DNA of 47,850 nucleotides from Bdellovibrionia bacterium (GTDB lineage Bacteria > Bdellovibrionota > UBA1018): contig JBGAWT010000001.1 in the NCBI GenBank assembly GCA_044227445.1, positions 1-47,850 of the forward strand, read 5' to 3'. The notes below the pieces were generated by a model. That model was not told where the DNA came from. It ran no database searches and saw only the letters and a list, made by a program, of their open reading frames with translations. Positions 44,606-47,850 of this stretch are shown piece after piece. Position numbers and translations under genes: made by a program. How positions within the stretch are numbered: position 1 is the first letter of the stretch; every line of letters starts with the position of its first letter.

Positions 44606-45937
44606 AACACCTCATCGTTCTTTTGTTAGCCGCACTGTACTCCTCGCAAGCCCTAGCTATCGAACTGAGCTTCGAGGAAGAATCGACGCTCCCACTCGTT
44701 CAACTGGCCCTTGTCTACAAGAACGGATCCATCACGGATCCGAATGAGAAGCTGGGCTTAACCAACATCACGGGTGAGCTGCTCATGCGCGGAACGAAAA
44801 CGCGCACACGCGAGAAGTTTGACGAAGAGATTGATCGTTTAGGCGCGAAAATCGACGTCGAAACACGGGTTGAGGCTCAAATCGTTCGTGTGGCGGTGCT
44901 CTCACGCAAGCTGCCTGAGTTTTTAGAGATCATGACCGATGTGCTGACTGGGCCCGGATTTTCGGCCGATGAGCTCAAGAAACTCAAAAGCGAAATCACG
45001 GCCGGAATCCTGGAAGAAACGAGCCGCGACCCTATGCTGGCGGCAAGGCGCTTTTCGGAGTTCTTCTTTTCGGGACACCCGTACGGTCGTCCGATCTGGG
45101 AAAGATTCCTACGGTTGAGAAAATCAGCGCTGCGGATGTCGCGGGCCATTATAAAAATCACTTCGGAAAGACCGTCTGCTGATCGTCGGAACCGGCGACG
45201 CTAAGCGAGCTGCGCTTGAAAAATGGAAAACGGATTTAGAGGCCCGTCTTTCGGATTCGGCCCAGCCTCAGTTCAAGATCGAAGCTCCGCAAGAAGCCAG
45301 CACTCGTCGCCTTCAGATCGTCGATAAGCCCGATCGCACTCAAACCCAGATCGATATCGCTCAGATCGGAATCAGGCCGACGGATGAGGATTTTTTTCCG
45401 CTATATGTCGCCAATCACGCCTTTGGAGGACGCTCGTTTCAGGCAAGGCTGATGACCGAGATCCGCGTTAAGCGCGGATGGAGCTATGGCGCTTACAGCG
45501 ACTTTAAGTACGGGCTCAAACCACGCAGCTGGCAGGTGCACCTGTTTCCCGCTTCTAAGGACACCGCAGCCGCATTGAAAACGACGCTGCAGATGATCAC
45601 GGATTGGCACGACAAGGGCCTCACTCAGGAGGAGTTCGCTTTTTCGCAAAAGAGCCTTTTGAACTCGGCGGGCTTTATTTACAGCACGCCTCGCAAGCGC
45701 CTGGAAAACAAGATCTTGGAGAAAACCCTCGACCTTCCGGATGGGTTTTTTCAATCGTACGCCAAGAGGCTTCCCGGTGTGACGCTTGCGGCGACGCAGG
45801 CTGCCGTAAAGAAGTTCTCGCGACCGGATCGCCTATCCATTGGGGTGCTAGCCACAGCCCAGCCGATGAAAGCTGCCTTGGCTGAAGCAGCCGGGGTTGC
45901 GGCTGATCAGGTTAAGGTTCTTCCCTACAATCAGTAA
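44602..45937 (+). pseudogene. M16-family peptidase, non-catalytic partner (no HxxEH), interrupted by two 1-nt deletions
   Basis: The first fragment, 44602..45204, has signal peptide MKHLIVLLLAALYSSQALA and GLTNITGELLMRGT in place of HxxEH. After ...GHPYGRPI the conserved reading continues in the next frame (GKIPTVEKISAADVAGHYKNHFGK) for 66 nt. It then continues in the third frame (RLLIVGTGDAKRAALEKW ... FGGRSFQARLMTEIRVKRGWSYGAYS...) to 45937. The shifts are at about 45097..45100 and 45168..45172. Confidence 0.8.
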
Positions 45938-45970
45938 GATGTTGGCAGGTGGCTTGCACTAGCCGCTGCC

Positions 45971-46474
45971 ATGAAAAACACCTGGTTTAGCGTTGTTGGC
46001 GTTCTCTTATTTGGTTCGAATGCTTTTGTCCCGGACCGAGAGCGAGTTCCACAGTTTTCGCGCGCAGCGAAGCTTGTGTACAGCGAGCTCGTCACGCGTC
46101 TTGAGGACCCCGAAACCGCGGCAGCTGCGCTCATAACGCGTGCCCAGGGCAAAAGCGTCCAAGACTCTATTGATAGGGTGATCACGCAGAGCTTTGGAGT
46201 AAGGCTTGATGTCGACGAAGTCTGGACCGAGCCTTCATCGGATCTCAAGGGCGCTTTAGCTCGAACGCTTAAGCACATTGCAGGTTCGTCGGGTTTCACC
46301 CACAAGCAAGCGCGGGTATTAACCGACACCTTGTCTGCTCTGCTGAGCAGCCTGGAACACCTTCAGGTATATGAAGGCGGCTTTGAGATGCCTTACGGGC
46401 TGAGCTGGTATGTCGCGCTGATAGAGCCTACTACGGGCCAGATCCTATTCATCACGTCGAATATTGAGGACTAA
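45971..46474 (+). CDS. hypothetical exported protein
   Basis: 167 aa with a hydrophobic N-terminus MKNTWFSVVGVLLFGSNAF. No domain recognised. It is convergent with murB across a 5-nt gap. Confidence 0.6.
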   Translation: MKNTWFSVVGVLLFGSNAFVPDRERVPQFSRAAKLVYSELVTRLEDPETAAAALITRAQGKSVQDSIDRVITQSFGVRLDVDEVWTEPSSDLKGALARTLKHIAGSSGFTHKQARVLTDTLSALLSSLEHLQVYEGGFEMPYGLSWYVALIEPTTGQILFITSNIED

Positions 46475-46479
46475 CCAGC

Positions 46480-47403
46480 TTAGAACCCCAAGGTCACGAC
46501 TTCGGGCTCAAGCTCCAAGCCCATTTGGGCTTTCGCTCGCTCACGCGCCAAATCGATGAGCGCTTTGACGTCTCCGGCCTTGGCCCCACCTAGGTTCACG
46601 ATGAAATTGCAGTGTTTGGGGCTGAACTGCGCTTGCCCCACTTTATGTCATCTCAAACCCAATTTTTCGTTCACTTGCCAAGCTTGTTGGCCCGCTGGAT
46701 TCTTGAAAACGCTCCCGCAAGATGGAAAGTCGATCGGCTGGGTGGCCTTTCTGCGAGCGAGCAGATCATCTAGTCTCGTGCGCACCACCTCGGGTTTGTC
46801 CAGGTCCACGCGCCACTCGGCAGCCCAAACAAAAGCATCGTTCGAGAGAAAATGATTCTTACGATAGGCGAACTTGAGCTCCGCTCCCTCAAAACGCTGC
46901 ATCCGCCCCTCATCTAAAAGAAAGGCTTCGACCGCCACGATTCGCGATGAGGATTCGCCTAAGTGAGTCCCGCCGTTCATCTTGACCACTCCGCCGATGG
47001 TGCCCGGAATGCCTGTCCAGATCTCCAGCCCACCCCAACCCTCGGTTCCCGCGCGCCTCAGAAGGCTGGAGATCGCCACCCCGCTGCCAGTACGAAGCAA
47101 ATCACCTTTGAGCGAGATTTCTTGATTGGCGCGTCCCGCTTTGATGACCCATCCGTCAAAGCCTTTGTCCGATACGAGGAGATTGGAGCCTGAGCCCAAA
47201 AAGAAATACGGCTTTTTGGAGCGCACGATCCACTGGGAAAGAAGCTTAAGATCTTCAAGCGAAGTCGGAATGGCCAGCACCGAAGCAGGGCCACCGATGC
47301 GATAGTACGTATGCTTGGAGAGCGGCTCAGCTACTTTGAGCTCGCCTTTGAAACGAGCGCGCTCCTCTTGGGAGACGCCCAAAACCGATAACTCACTATC
47401 CAC
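46480..47403 (-). pseudogene. murB: UDP-N-acetylenolpyruvoylglucosamine reductase MurB with an in-frame TGA (46648..46650) at a conserved Gly
   Basis: The track ORF 46648..47403 ends ...SCGSVFKNPAGQQAWQVNEKLGLR-TGA. The same frame continues HKVGQAQFSPKHCNFIVNLGGAKAGDVKALIDLARERAKAQMGLELEPEVVTLGF-TAA (stop 46480..46482). The conserved MurB pattern is GL(K/R)G-x-x-(I/V)G, so GGA to TGA is the simplest change. Confidence 0.85.
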
Positions 47404-47850
47404 GCTTGGGAGCTCCTAAGGCCAAAATGAGTTGATCTGGAAGCCGCGTAATAGAACCCGCGCCCAGGCAAAGCAGCAGATCGCCTTTTTTGAATTCTTT
47501 GAGAATGGCCTCTTGCGCGGCTTCGAGCGAACCTGCGTAAGCCGTTCCGGCAGAATCAGGCCTGCGCGGTTTGAGCTCCTCGATCAACGCTTGGCTTGTC
47601 ACCCCTTCGATCGGATCTTCGCCCGCGGCATAGATATCGGTCATCCAAAGCCAATCGGCCTGATTGAAGGCTGACAAAAACCCATCTCGGCAATGCATCG
47701 TGCGCGAATAACGATGAGGCTGAAACACCACGAGAATGCGACCCGGCCAGCTCGAGCGTGCCGCTTCGAGAGTCGCGGTGATCTCTGTGGGATGATGTCC
47801 GTAATCATCTACGATCCACTGGGATTGATCCTGAGATTTCCAACGCACCT
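47396..47850 (-). CDS. murC: UDP-N-acetylmuramate--L-alanine ligase, C-terminal part (gene runs off the right edge)
   Basis: It carries DDYGHHPTEI, VVFQPHRYSRT, DIYAAGE and CLGAGSI. It overlaps murB by 8 nt. Confidence 0.9.
   Translation of the reverse strand, partial: VRWKSQDQSQWIVDDYGHHPTEITATLEAARSSWPGRILVVFQPHRYSRTMHCRDGFLSAFNQADWLWMTDIYAAGEDPIEGVTSQALIEELKPRRPDSAGTAYAGSLEAAQEAILKEFKKGDLLLCLGAGSITRLPDQLILALGAPKRG

Noticed and set aside
46648-46650. UGA recoded as glycine (code 25), tryptophan (code 4) or selenocysteine in murB.
   Set aside because: TGA ends other genes at their expected conserved termini (recR at 29607..29609, the AAA_13 ATPase at 2648..2650). The GC content and gene set do not fit SR1/Gracilibacteria or Mollicutes. 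MurB is not a selenoprotein, and I did not identify a SECIS-like hairpin. The window also holds many other lesions of the sequence-error type.
3096-47674. Many 60-220-aa track ORFs antisense to or out of frame within lpxC, ruvAB, murA (e.g. 13706..14377), prfA, rho (19470..19976, 20088..20669), ftsZ (40428..40928), the S8 peptidase (34397..34936), the GNAT gene (8684..9358, 9437..9979) and others.
   Set aside because: Each lies wholly inside a confidently identified gene and shows the Arg/Ala/Gly/Ser-rich, low-complexity composition expected of shadow frames in GC-rich DNA. None has an SD or a recognisable motif.
1-47850. CRISPR arrays, rRNA genes, IS elements/transposases, integrases and prophage genes.
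   Set aside because: I saw no regularly spaced short direct repeats and no rRNA-like conserved stretches. I also saw no DDE/HUH transposase, tyrosine or serine recombinase, or phage structural motifs in any frame I read. The only DNA-level repeat found is the 65-nt pair near tRNA-Pro.

Overview
This is a 47.85-kb chromosomal segment from a Gram-negative bacterium. Sampled lines run about 53-60% GC. The gene content (mglA, two DksA/TraR paralogues, a serine-palmitoyltransferase-like enzyme, many secreted or lipoprotein paralogues) suggests a Bdellovibrionota/Myxococcota-type lineage, but that is inference only. Most genes are housekeeping: lpxC, ruvB-ruvA-ruvC, murA, prmC-prfA-DUF1385, rpmE, rho, mltG, ogt, dnaX-recR, mglA, ftsZ-ftsA-ftsQ, murB-murC and one tRNA-Pro(GGG). 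Five things stand out. (1) A ~2.6-kb AT-rich islet sits next to tRNA-Pro. It is bounded by copies of the tRNA 3' end plus a duplicated 65-nt repeat, and it carries one RloC/PrrC-like AAA_13 ATPase with no integrase or restriction-modification partner. This is the best candidate here for a defence module. (2) Three tandem paralogues encode a secreted protein built from ~21-aa repeats (36.4-39.4 kb). (3) Two paralogous lipoproteins flank rho-mltG. (4) A 607-aa coiled-coil protein with a signal peptide lies between ruvC and a GNAT + alpha-oxoamine synthase pair that may make sphingolipid. (5) Conserved and partly essential genes (ruvB, ruvC, an mscS-like gene, an HExxH/barrel gene, ftsQ, an M16 peptidase, murB) carry about 11 single-nucleotide frame shifts and 2 in-frame stops. 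This most likely reflects consensus errors in the assembly rather than biology. I saw no CRISPR array, rRNA, transposase or integrase.
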